Of a DNA stretch of 64,000 bases, positions 47,885 through 62,391 are shown piece after piece. Origin of the DNA: Cyanophora paradoxa CCMP329 (Eukaryota; Plantae; Glaucophyta); the NCBI GenBank assembly GCA_004431415.1, contig QPMI01000193.1:62001-126000 (forward strand). Direction: 5' to 3'. Within the stretch, counting starts at the first letter, position 1. The number at the start of each line of letters is the position of its first letter. The notes under the pieces are model-generated. The model was not told the origin of the DNA. It made no database searches and saw only the letters and a program-made list of their open reading frames with translations. A program made the translations under genes and the position numbers.

Positions 47885-50044
47885 ATGGCGCAGATCGAGC
47901 TGGAGGTCGTGGGGGAGGAGGAGCTGGCGGAGATCGACGCCGCGCTGGCCGCTGCCGCTGCGGGGAGCCGTTCTGCAAGCTCAGCGACCGTTGTGAGCAC
48001 CGAGAGTGCCGCCAGTGTTGCCGAACTGCAGGACATCGAGGACCTAGACTCTGTCGGGCCTCCACGGAAGCGATTCAGGAAGGTGAACTTCTCTGTTACA
48101 CAACTGTGCTCTCAGGTGCGCTCCGTGTCCCCCCTTTTTTGAATCCGCCGTTCCTCGGTGCTGCGGGAGCGTTCCCTAGGCCTCCGCGCCGAAGGCTCGG
48201 GCCGCCTCGGAGCGAGCTTCTTCTATAGTATGCCTTCGCAAGTTTCCCTGAACGCTTCGGTCGCAGCTGTGGTGCGAAAAGGCAGTCGAACTCTCGTTGA
48301 CGACCGGGGAGCGGCCACTACGAACTGCAGCGATGAAGGAAGGCTCCCGCAGGCACGAGAAGCTGGAGGCGGAGATGCACACGTTCGTAGATGTTGAGAC
48401 GGAGGTCTGAGCCAGCGCCAGCGCGGCGCCGCTGCGGCGTTGACGAAAGTGGTGCTGCGCCGCGCGGACGCAGACTGCCGAGGACGTGCACGCCGTGCGG
48501 CTGCTGAACCTCATCGCCTGCCTGCAGGAGCTGGTCTTCACGGGCATCGCGCGCTCCCCTCCCGCCGCCGGCAGCCCCCACTGCGGCGCGCTCACGCGGG
48601 GCCGCCGCAGACGAGGGAGGTGCCGGTCTTCGGCCGCGTCGGCGGCTTCGTCCTCCTCGGCGTCATCGACGAGATCCGGCTGGCGCGCCCGCCCCGGCCT
48701 CTCGTGCCCCGCCCCAGGCTCCCGAAGCCGGCGCCCGCCGCCCGCGCAGGACCGCGAGCGGGGGTGCGCCGTGCTCGTGGACCACAAGACGCGGGCGGCG
48801 CGCTCGCTGCCGCGGGAGTCGCAGAAGGAGCAGACGCGCCTGCAGCTCTCCCTCTACAAGTGCCTCTTCGACGGCCTCGTCCTCTCCTCCCTGCCGGCGG
48901 CCGGCGCGCCCCGCCCGGACTCGAACCCGCGCCCCGCGCGCCTCCGGAGGCGGTGCACGCGGCCCGCCCCCGGCCCGGCCCGTTCGGCCCGCGCGCGGAC
49001 CAGGCCCGCGCACGCGTGCTCTCACCGGCCTTGCAGGGAGGCGGAGTCGCGCAAGCGGAAGGCGGAGCGGGGGGGCGCGGCGGGCTCGGGGAGGCGCCCG
49101 GCCCCCGAGGTGATCGAAGTGGACGCCGAGAGGGGTACAGCCGAAGCCGCCTCCAGTTCGGAGGCGGAGGCGGGGCCTGGAGCGGGGAGCACGTGCACGG
49201 AGGGCCCGGGGAGGCGCCCGGCACCCGAGGTCATTGAGCTAGACGTCGGCGGGGGTGCAGCCGATGCGGCCTCCACGGCGGGGTCCGGGGCGGGGCCGGC
49301 GGCGCCCCATCCGGTGGAGGGGGCGGGGGCCGGCAAGGGGCGGGCAGCGCCCCCACGTTACCCGGAGCTGCCCGCGGCCGCCCCCGCCGAGATCGCCGCC
49401 CTCGACTGGGCGGCCTTCTGGCGCGACATGGGCCTCGACCCCAGCGTGCGCCCCGTACCCCCGCGCGATCCCGTGCCCCCGCCCCGCGCCGAGCCGGGGG
49501 CGCAGGCGCCGCTGGGGTCGGCGCTGCGGGCGCACGCGCTGGCGGGCGGCCTCGCGCCCGCCCCGCCCGACCTCGCCGCCCTCTCCGCCGCCGCCCGCAA
49601 CGCCCTCGCCCTCGTACCCCTCTCAGGTCTCGACCTCCGCGTCCGCTACGAGGCGAGGCCCCGCACCCCCGCCTGGCCAGTCGCCCGGTGCGCTGAACAC
49701 GAGGCGCCGGCGCAGTGGCAGGAGGACGGCAGCCTCCTGGCCGAGGAGGGCTGCACGTTCGACCCGGCCTGGTTGGGTACACTGCTGCACGACCTCGCGG
49801 CGTACTGGGACGGGATTCGTCCCGCCTGCGGTGCGCCGGCGCCTGTACCCCTTCCCCCGACCCGCACCCACCCGCTGCAGGGGTACCGGACTCGGAGGCC
49901 GGATTCAAGTGCGGGCGGTGCCAGTACGCGCTCCAGTGCAACGCGTGTCCCCTGCGTCCGGCGCAGCGCACCTGTACGGATGCGCCGCCCTGGTCGGTCG
50001 GCCGCGCGGCCGCGACGTGGTCCCCGGCGGACGTGCGCGATTGA
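47885..50044 (+). CDS. EXO5: Exonuclease V (EXO5/DEM1), Fe-S PD-(D/E)XK nuclease
   Basis: FSVTQLCSQ|LWCEK, AMKEGSRRHEKLEAE, REVPVFG..LLGVIDEI, LVDHKTR..LP..QLSLYK, and C-terminal KCGRCQYALQC iron-staple cysteines. Confidence 0.92.
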
Positions 50045-50634
50045 ACGGTCGCGGGCCTATTTGCATCGCGACCTGTCTGTACGTTGCGGGGGTTGTTCGA
50101 GTCAGTCTGAAGAATCGATCCCTGCTCGCAGTCACGCTCTAGATCTCTCGAGCGCTGAATGCCGATCCGTGCACGTGTGCTTGTGTGGTCTAGACGTACG
50201 CGTCGACTTCTTCATTTTCGGCTTCATCGGCACTAGTACTGGCGACTTAGCAGCGACTCTCTAATGAGCAAGGCCGAGTGCGCGGCGCGCCTGCAGCTAG
50301 GATCGAATTCCGACGTGCGCACTGCGGCATGCATATGCGCATGCGCATTAATAATATTATAATTACCTAGTCAAATTTAAAGTGGCAAAGCCCCGCCACA
50401 GGACGCTAATATTAATACCGGTCCAGGCGCCGGCTCCGTGGCGCCGCGGCGCGGCTGGGCAGCTGCAGCTAGGGATCGATATCCGGATGGGATCAAATTT
50501 GGACGTCGCGATCCCTGGCTTTGGCTGCTGGCGCGCTCGCCATTATAGAGGCACGGCGCTGACGCGTACGCGCGGCGGCGGGCACGGCGCTGCAGTGCTG
50601 GCCGGTCGCCACTTCGTCGTACGGGTACAAGGCA

Positions 50635-52326
50635 ATGCCAGTCGTGCCGTACCGCAAAGACTCGAAGTCGCTACCCGCGCACCTTCGCCCACGCAAGACA
50701 GTTCGCCCGCACGACGTCGAAATGAACCGCATCTCCGAGCAGCTTCCCCCGAGCCAGCAAGCCGAGGCTGAGCGCGCCGAGCGCATCAAGGTGCGGCGCC
50801 TCCCGCGAGAGCTCCCAGCGGCCTGCTGATGTCGGCGCGCGCTTCCTCGTGCGACAGGCTGGACAGGAGAAGGTGCGGCGCGGCTTTCGGCGCTCCTGCC
50901 GCGACGCGCGTGGAGACAAATTTGCCGCGCGCCTCCCTCACGCACGTGCCGCGTTCGCGCTTTTGCGTTTGCGTAGCAGACACAGGAGCCGCCTCGTACC
51001 GAGGTGCGCCGCCCGCGCGCGCCGCCCCCTTTTCCGGCACCTTGCCCCTTCCGGTTTCCGCATGCTCCGAAGTCGTCGCTGATTCGGCGCCGCGCATGTT
51101 TGCGACGCTTGCGACAATCTGCAGGAGCGTGCAAATGAGGAAGCGGAGCAGCGCAAGGAACAGGAGGTGCGCCTCACGACTGAGCTCCCGGCCCCGGCCG
51201 CGCTGCACATGTACATGTGCATGCGCCCGCTGATATGTACATGTTCGCACGCGCCCCGCGCAGCGCTCTCAGGAAGCTCAGGTGCCGTGCTCGCCGGCCC
51301 GCACAATCGCCGTGCCGACAGCCGCGGTCTTTTTCCAGGCGCCCAGCCAGACCACGTCGGAGCAGTGGGTGCGCAGCCAGCGCAGTTTGATGAATTTTAA
51401 GCGCTCAATGTTTTGTGCAGAGCGAGCAGAAGGAGCAGAGCTCGAGCATGCAGGCTGAGCGCGTGCGTCGCTGTTTTCGGCTTGGGCACGCGCGCCGATT
51501 CAAATCAATCATAGACGGAGCGGGGGGCCGAGCCGGGGCAGGAGGCGTCGTTCGAGCAGGTGAGCCTAATAAGTTGCCTCTTCGGTCTCGTCTTTTGATC
51601 CCGCTGCAGAAGGAGCAGCAGGGGTCGCGCGAGCAGCGGGTGCGCCGGGCCGCCTCGCGTCACGCTCTAGATCTCTCTTCGCGGCGTGAGCTCTCCGCAG
51701 GAAGGCGAGCGGAAGCAGGAGGAGGCCGAGCGCCGCCCCGAGGACTGGCAGTCTCCGGTGCGGCACGGCGCCTGGACCGCGCCCGCCGACCGCCGACCCG
51801 TCGTGCAGGAGTCGGGCATGAAGACTGAGGAATACGTTGCGCGGGCGCCGCGCACGCTGTCCCGCTTGCAATTTTGCTGACCGCCGCGCAGGGCGGGGAG
51901 CGCAAGGACGAGGCCGGCGCCGCAGGGGAGGAGCGCCCGGCCGAGGCCGAGCAGATCCAGCGGCCGCCGCAGGAGCAGGCGCAGCCGCAGCCGCAGGAGC
52001 AGAAGGAGCAGGAGCAGATCAACATCGAGCAGGGCGCCGAGCGCAAGGAGGAGGTCGAGGGCGCCGGCCTGCAGGTGCGCTTCGAGTTCAAGTCCTCGCG
52101 ATTCGCTCTGACCGGGGCCTGCGCTCGCAGCGCGGCGAGGAGGCCCCCGAGAAGGGCGAGGCCCGCGAGCAGGCGCGCCCGCGGCCGCCCGCCCCTCCGC
52201 CTCTGCTATACCTGACCGGCGCCGGCCGCCGCGCAGGAGCAGCAGGCCCCGCAGGTGCGGCGCACCGCAGCCCAGCCGCCCCGCTCGACGCCTTGCCTGA
52301 CCGGCGCCCCCGCAGGAGCTCTCCCC

Positions 52327-52363
<37 letters not shown>

Positions 52364-54073
52364 GAGGGGGCCCCGCAGGCGCGCCGGCCCGCCTGCATCC
52401 GCCGTGTTTCCCACCGCTTCGCGCGCGACGGGGGCGCAGGAGCAGCAGGAGCAGAAGCGGGAGGGGGCCCTGCCGCGGCTGCTGGTGACGACGCGCCTGC
52501 CGGACTCTGTGCTGGACCTCCTCCGCGAGGCCTTCGACGTCGACATGGTCCGCCCGCCCCGGCTACCAAGATCGAGTGCCCGATCCGACCCGCGATTTGA
52601 TCCTCCTCGCGCCCCTCGCAGTTCGACGGCGACTCGATGCCCCGCGACCAGCTGGTGGCCCCTCCGGCGCCCCGCCTCCTTCCTCCTTGCTTCGCGCCTG
52701 ACGGGCGCGGGGGCGCAGCTGGGGCGGGTGAAGGGGGCGGAGGGCCTCCTCGTCACCGTCCGCGACCAGGCGCGCCCGGGGCCCGGCCCCCCCCGCGCGC
52801 TCCCGGCGCCGCCTGAGCGCCGCCGCCCCGCAGGTGAACGCCGAGCTCATCGAGGCGGCCGGCGGCTCCCTCAAGTTCGTCTCCACCGCCTCCATCGGTG
52901 CCCCCCGCCCCGCCCCCGATTCGAACCCTCGCCGGGGCCTCGATCGAGCGGGGCCGGGGCGCAGGGTACGACCACATCGACGCGAAGACCTGCGCCGACC
53001 GCGGCATCAAGGTCCCCGGGGGCCCGCTCCCGCCCCAGGCCCAGCGCAGCCGACGCGGCGGGGCAGGTCAGCCGCTCGGCGAGCGAGGTCCACGCGACGG
53101 CCGACTACACGGTGCCGCCCGCCCTCCGCCCGGTCCGAAGTCCCGGTCCCGGCCTCCTCGAGCCTCTCCGCGCAGGTCGGGCTGCTGCTCGCGGCGGGGC
53201 GGCGCATCGCGGAGGCCAACTTCGCCGTCCGCAACGGCGACTGGCGCGCCCGCCCCGCCCCGCCCCCGCCCCCTGCTCCCCCCGAGCCGAAGCGCTCAGC
53301 CCCCGCGGCGCAGGCAGAAGAACTTCCTGCACGCCGGATGGCTCGAGGGCACCGACCTCTGGAACTCGAAGGCCCGCCCCGCCCCTCCCGCCCCTTCCTC
53401 CCCGCTCGCCCCCGAGAGCCTCTTGCCCGGCAGGTCCTCATCGTCGGGCTGGGCGCCGTCGGCCGCGAGGTGGCGAACCGCCTCAAGGGCTTCAACTGCG
53501 ACATCCGCTACTGGGACAAGCAGCAGGTCGGCCCCCGGGCCCGCATTTGTGGCGAGGCGCGAGGCGCGCCGCGCACGCTGCAGCTGACGCCCGCGCGCCG
53601 GTGCGGCCCGGCAGATCGAGGGCGTCGAGGGCCTCTGTGCGCCCCGGCCGCGAAGCCCCCCCTTGCCTCTCCTGACCGCACGGGGGGGGCGCCTCGCGCA
53701 GCGTTCCAGGAGGACCTGGACGCGGCGCTGGGCGACGCCGACTTTGTCTCCGTTCACCTCACCCTCAGGCCTGCAGCCGGCCCGCCCCGCGCGCTGCTCC
53801 CGCGCCGATCCCCCCCCGCAGCGACGAGACGCGCGGCCTCTTCAACTCGGACCGCCTCTCCAAGATGAAGAAGCGCGCCCGCGCCTCCTCTCAGAGTCGT
53901 CCGACGGCCCTTTTGAACCACTGACTTTCCTGCGGGGGCAGCACGGCGGTCCTCTGCAACACGTCGCGGGGCGAGATCGTCGACTCGAACGCCCTCGCCG
54001 ACGCCCTCGCCGTGCCTGCCCGGGCCCCGCCCCGCCCCGGCCACGCGCGTCGGCCCCTCGCGGGCCCCTGACG

Positions 54074-54112
<39 letters not shown>

Positions 54113-54764
54113 CCAGAACCGGTCGATCGCCGGCGCTGCGCTCGACGTCGTCGAGAACGGTCCGCCCGCCCCCGACCCCGCCCGCCCCCGCCCCGCCCCC
54201 GCCCTCGCGGCCCGACGCGGGCCGGGGGCCCCGGGCAGAGCCGCTGGGGCCGACAACCGCCTCGTCCAGGTGCCCGCCCCCGCCCCCCGCCTCGCGCCCG
54301 CCTCCGACGCGGGGGCGCCGCGGCGCAGCTGCCGAACTGCCTGCTCACACCGCACATCGCGAGCAACACGCGCGCCGCCAGCGAGTTCATCACGGTCCGC
54401 GCCCCCCCCCCCCCGATGGGCGCCCTCGAGATGCCCCCTCCTGCTTTCATCCCCTCCCCTCCCGCCCCCCGCGGCCGCCTGCCCCGCCGCCGTCCGACGC
54501 GCCGTGCCGCAGCGGAGCGCGGCGATGGGGCTCCGCGAGGCGGCCGAGAAGGGCGGCGCCAAGGTGCGCGCGGGCCCTGCGAGCTCTGCCACGTCTCCCT
54601 TCGGCCCCAGCGCTCTCCCTCACAGCTGCGGCGGCTGGGCGTGCAGGCCGAGGCCAAGGCGGAGGAGGCGAAGCCCGAGGTCCGCGGGGCCCCGCCGCCC
54701 TCCGCTGGCCCGCCCCCCGACCGCTGATCATGTGGGCCCCCGGCATGCGCAGGTCTCGTACTGA
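50635..54764 (+). CDS. D-2-hydroxyacid dehydrogenase (glyoxylate/hydroxypyruvate reductase-like) with a long Gln/Glu-rich N-terminal extension
   Basis: Catalytic part from about 52440: LLVTTRLP, LKFVSTASIGYDHID, VLIVGLGAVG, ADFVSVHL, LCNTSRGEIVD, AALDVVENEPL, LLTPHIAS. Upstream micro-exons splice in frame from ATG 50635; that linkage is inferred. Confidence 0.88.
52331..52360 (+). repeat. (CAG)10 coding poly-Gln tract
   Basis: Ten CAG codons in exon ELSPEQQQQQQQQQQKEGAPQ. Confidence 0.9.
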
Positions 54765-55396
54765 TCGCGGGGGGGATCCGGCGCTCGAGGGGCCGAGGAC
54801 GGAGGAAAGCGCGCGGCGGCTGCAGCTGTTAAGAAAATGAAGTGGTTCTATAGCTAGTGCCACGGCGTGCAAATGACGCGCCCCCGCGCCTCGCGCAGTG
54901 TAACTTATAAAATTACAATTACGGGATCTACTCGGTGACTTGCGGTCAGCTGCAGGGCCGACGGGACTCGCGATCGGGGCTCTACTAGGCTATAGCTAGC
55001 TGCTAGCACCGCAGCCGCCTGCCATGGCCACGTATTCGCGGGTGGCACCGCGCCCCACAATTGCAACTTCGAATTCCATGTGCACGCCGTGACGTGCATG
55101 CAATCGCGCGAAGGCCCACCGAATTCGAAGGAGGAGCTGGCGCGCGTCGACGCTTGATGCCCCTCCCTGCTCAGCGGCCTCTCGACCCCTTCACTGCAGC
55201 TCACGTTCCAGCTTTTCCGTTGTCTCGAGAGGCCTCCGGCACAACCCTAGAGCTACCTCTATCTTGAAGAATCGTCCGACGTTCCCCTTGCAGCCCCCTA
55301 GTGCCGCAGGCCCTGATGCCCGTAAGATCCCGAGGCCCCCGCGCTCTCGATCAGCCACGCTGCGCATTTCGGACTCGCGATGCCTATCAGGGGGGA

Positions 55397-57904
<2,508 letters not shown>

Positions 57905-58044
57905 CCGCTGCCGAATCCCTGGCCGGGTACGCTGTTGGACGAGTTGGCAACTTCAGCGGGTTTGAGGCGCCGGCCTCAGCACAGCGATCGATATCTTGCA
58001 GCACGTTGAAGCCGGTTGAAGCCTGCGGCGGAGCAGCGACGTGC

Positions 58045-60916
58045 ATGAGCGCGGCCCCCGGGCCCGCCTCGATCGTCGGCCGAGCGATGCCGCGCGTGAA
58101 GACGCGGGTGCGCGTGCCGACGCGCGCGGTCGGCCACAGCTTCGCAGGTCGTCGAGCTCGCCCGCTTACCGCGTGCGCAGCTGGTCCGTGAGACCGGCCC
58201 GCCGCCCCTGCTCGAGCTCTGCATCCGAAACGCGGCGCGCCGGCTGAACCGCCTCCCCGACGACTGCATCGCGGTGCGCGCGGCGTCGCCTCAGCGCTGC
58301 ACCGCGCGGACCGACGCCCGCGCGCCGCCGCAGACGCTGCAGGCGCTCCCGTTCGAGCTGGCGGAGCGCATCATGGCGGCGCTCGTCGAGAAGAAGGTGC
58401 GGCGCGCCGCGCGGCCGCGGGAAGCTTTCTCGGCCGCCGCGCGGGGCGCCGGGGTCGGCAAGACACCAGAGCTAGCGCCTTGGCGCGCGAGGGAGCATGC
58501 GCGGAATCCCCACCGGGCCCGGTGGATCGGTGGCGCTCACCCTGTGTAGCTAAGCTCTTGGAGCACCAAAGGCTAAACTCTCTAAGCTCACTTAAAGCCA
58601 CCTCCGAACTCGCGCGACGACCTGATCTGTAAAGCTCGTTCTGCGCCCTTAGGACCTCTCTGCGATCAATTTCTTCGTCACGATCGGCGTACCCGTGGAG
58701 GTGCCCGCGTGCCTCTTCCCCTCCCCGCCCTCCGTCTTCCACGCCCCGCGCTAACACCGTACCCCGCCCAGTCCCTCGAGCTGCGGCGCTTCTCCAAGAC
58801 CGATCGCATCTTCTTCGAGAACCTCGCCCGGTACCCCCCACCACAACCGGTCCCCGCCAGCACCGACTCGCCTCATCGAGTACCCTCCGCCCGCTAGCTC
58901 CCCGGTCTCCTCCTCCATACGCCGCATCTCCTTCCCTATGGACGCCGAGGTATCCCGTGTACCCCCCACCCCCGGTCCTGTACTCCGCGTGCCTCAACCG
59001 AGTACCCAGGACGCCGAGCTGGAGCTTGTCGCCGCCGTTTGCCCCAACCTCGAGCGCATCGACGTGTCCTCCTGCCTTTCCAGTACCCCCCACCCCTGAC
59101 CCCGTACCCCCCCACCCTCAAGTCAACGCACCGGCGCGCAGTGACGCTCGGGGGCATCGTGCGGGCGCTGCGGGCGCGGCCGGGCGTGACGGAGCTGCTC
59201 GCCTTCAACTCCGCGCAGGCCCGCGCCCCTCCCCCCCATCCGTCCATCCATCCACCCGCCTGCCGACCGCTTGTGCCGGCAGGTCTCGGCGGCGGACGCG
59301 GAGTTCGACGCGGGGGCCTTCTCGGGGCTGGAGGCCCTCTCCCTCGGCTCCGGCTCCCGCCTCCACGACGACGCCCTCGCAGCCATCGCCAGGCCCGCCC
59401 CCAGCCCCCCCTCTCCCTTCCCTTCCCTTCCCCCCCCCCCCCCCCCCCCTCTCTTACAAAGCTGCCGCGGGGCTGGCCCCCTCCCCTCGTCCTCGAGCTC
59501 TCCGCCCCGCCCCGCCCCGCGCCGCCCGCCCCGCGCCGCCCGCGCCGCCCCGCGCCTCGCCGCTGATGCGGGGTGCATGTAGGAGCTGTCCGCGGCTGGA
59601 GCGGCTGCTGCTGCGGGAGTGCTGGCGCCTCTCGGACGCCTCGCTGGCGGCCCTCGCCGAGCACTGCCCCCGCCTCGCCCTCCTCGCCCTCTCCGACGCC
59701 CGCGAGGTCCCCGGCCCCCCGCCCCAGCCCCTCCTCGCCCCTCCCCCGCCTCCAGCTCCTCGCTAGCTCCTGGCCCACCTTAGAAACGCCCGCCATTCAT
59801 GAAAGAGGGCGACGAGCGCGAGCCGGCGGGCCCCGGGCGACACCCCGTACCCCCCGACGCCTCGCCCCCGCAGGTGACGGACTTCGGGCTGGCGAAGCTC
59901 GCGCGCCGCTGCCCGAGGCTCGCCGAGCTCGAGCTCAAGTCCCTCCCCCAGGCCCGCCCTCCTCCCCCAGAGCGAGACGCTAGCACGGGGAGAGACAGAG
60001 AAGCGAGCAGGAGCACAGAGGGCGCTCCGGGGCTCTTCCGCCGCCCCGCCCTTCCCCCGCCCTTCCTCGCCTTCGCCTGATCGGCCTCGGGGCGGGGGGC
60101 CAGGTGACGGACCTCTTCCTGTCGCGGGCGGCGGCGTGCCTGCCGGGCCTCGCCGCCCTCCACCTCGAGCACCTCCCCAAGGCCCCCCCGCCGCGCCGCG
60201 CCCCGCCCCCGAGGGCTCTGAGGGGCCGGGGCGCAGGTGACGGACGAGGGCGTGCTGCGCATCGCCCGCGCCTGCACGCGCCTCCGCGCCCTCGGCCTCC
60301 ACCACCTCGACAGGCGCCCCCGCGCCCCGCCCGGCCCCTGCTCGCCCGCGGCCGCTGAGAGGGGGCGGGGCAGCTGCTCGGGGGCCTGGCGGATGCGCTG
60401 GCGGGCTCCCGGCGCCCTGCCTGGCGGCCCTCGCCGAGCTCCGCCTCTCCTCCCTCCACACCTCCGACGCCGCCCTCTGCGCCCTCGCCGCCCGGCCCGC
60501 CCCCCGCCCCGCCCCCGCCGCAGGAGCCGCCCCCCGCGCCCCCGCTGAGGCCCGCGCAGGTGCCCCCTCGTGCGCCTCTCCCTCATCGGGTGCACGGTCA
60601 AGGTGCGCAAGTGGTGCCCCCCTCCGCCCCAGCTCCCCCCAGCTCCCCCCACTAAAGGCGCTTGGGCGGCAGCGGGCCCCCGACCGACCCCACATCGCCC
60701 GCGCCCTCCGGTGCCCCCCGCTGCATGACCCCAGGCGAACACAGCAACGCCTGTACCCCCATTCTCACGGGCCTCCCTCCAGGGCGGCGCGGGGGGCGGG
60801 GCTCGAGGTGGAGACCGACGGGTCCCTCCCCGAGGCGCGCCCGCACCCGGCCCCGTGCCCGAACGATCCACGTACCCCCCGCGCGCTGGTCTGAGCGGGC
60901 TCCGGACAGGTGGTAG
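58045..60916 (+). CDS. Cys-containing LRR protein (AMN1/FBXL-like) with an N-terminal BC-box/cullin-box-like motif
   Basis: PPPLLELCIRNAA..LQALPFELAERIM, then CPRLERLLLRECWRLSDASLAALAEHCPRL, VTDFGLAKLARRCPRL, VTDEGVLRIARACTRL. Both ends approximate. Confidence 0.82.
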
Positions 60917-61129
60917 ACTTCGCATGCAGCTGGGGCGACTAGGGCAGCAGTAGAGGCTGTAGAGCCAGTGCTGGCCTGCTTCAAACTTGAAAACTTTGAT
61001 GCAAGCAAGCTTGCACCGCAGCACCGCCTACCGAGCACCGTGGCACGCGCCGCTCAGCGGCTGCCCGCAGCCGAGCACGCTGCCCGGCACTCGTGCTTGA
61101 GCTTGCACCGCAAAACCGCTTGCGCCGCT

Positions 61130-62391
61130 GCCTAGCTGCGCCGCTGATCGCAGCAGAGCACGCCCGGCCGTCCAGACCGTGTTCTCTAGATCTTGCTGCG
61201 CTCAGCACGCCGCCGAAATCGAGCTTATACCGCAGTACCGCGTGCGCATGCGCCGCTGCCCGCAGCCGAGCACGCGTGACCGAGCCGAGGGGTCGCGCGC
61301 GAAGCGCGCGACCCCGAGGGGAGGACTCTGCGCATGTGCGTGCCACTAGGACTCTTTCATTAGATCTAGATCCCGGTTCCCCCCTTGCACGGAAGTTGCA
61401 CCCCCGGCGCGAAAATCGCGGCCGGGCCACTAGTTGCAAGGGGGGAAAGAAGACCGAAGGTCTTCCCCCCTTGCTTCCCGTTCCCTCGCTTCAGCCAAAA
61501 GTTTTCTATGAGGCCATTTTCGAGGTCCAGTATGCAACACCAGAAAAAAATGATGCTTTATTCGCGTTCCGATTGGCTCGGTGGACCGGTCAGCCTTCGA
61601 CTTTCGAGCGTCAAATGTTGAAAAATTACCGGATGAGTTGTGGTTAGGGGTGAAACCTGGGCGAAGTCTTTTTCCACTTGCGCTAAATAAATGTTCAGTC
61701 GAGGGGAAAAAGTGGTTTCACAGCTCGTTTTTTTTCCTAATCGACTCGACATGCCCGTTGTATGGGCAAGGGTAGCCGGCGATCGCGATAACTTTTCACC
61801 CGTCGCAGAACGGCTAGTCTCCTCGCAACAGCTTGTAGCCGGCAAGCTACCGGGTAGAATGCACTAGCTTGCGCCGGGGAATTCCGAACACCCGAGGGGA
61901 AATTGGTCAAAAACCGGATTTCGGCCGTGTCGGGTCGACCGGTAAAAAAAACGAGCTGTGAATTTTCGAGGGGAAAACGAACTTCTCCTCACTCCGGTCT
62001 TTGAATTTCTTGCGCGGTTATGCATGGAACCAGTTCTCCCTAGCTGTCTCCTCTAGATTTCGGCTTCGTCGCAGTGCATGCGCCTCGTACGCCTTGCGCA
62101 TGCTCTTCGTTGCGCGGTTCTGCATGGATCCCGGAACGTTAACCACTTCTCCCTAGCGCTGTCTCCTCTAGATTTCCACTTTCTCGCACTGCGCCGCGTA
62201 CGCCGCACGGTACCCGTGCCGCCTGGACTACTTTTGACTGCATACGGTGCCTAGCTGCGCCGCTGATTGCAGCCGAGCACGCCCGGCCGTGCAGATCTAG
62301 ACCGTGCTCTCTTGCTGCGCTCAGCACGTCTCCGAAATCGAGCTTATACCGCAGAACCGCGTGCGCTGCGCATGCCCGCAGCCGAGCACGC
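61130..62391. repeat. Diverged direct repeats of about 145 bp (61130-61274, 62249-62391) enclosing an AT-richer segment with an inverted repeat
   Basis: Shared CTAGCTGCGCCGCTGAT..CCGAAATCGAGCTTATACCGCAG..CCCGCAGCCGAGCACGC; internal 19-bp inverted repeat at 61717-61735 / 61944-61962; roughly 65-bp duplication at about 62029 and 62141. Confidence 0.8.

Noticed and set aside
47885-50044. Cas4-like nuclease implying a defence system
   Set aside because: Motifs fit the eukaryotic housekeeping EXO5, which shares the Fe-S PD-(D/E)XK fold.
61130-62391. Direct repeats as LTRs of a retroelement
   Set aside because: No TG..CA ends, primer-binding site, target duplication or gag/pol remnant recognised.
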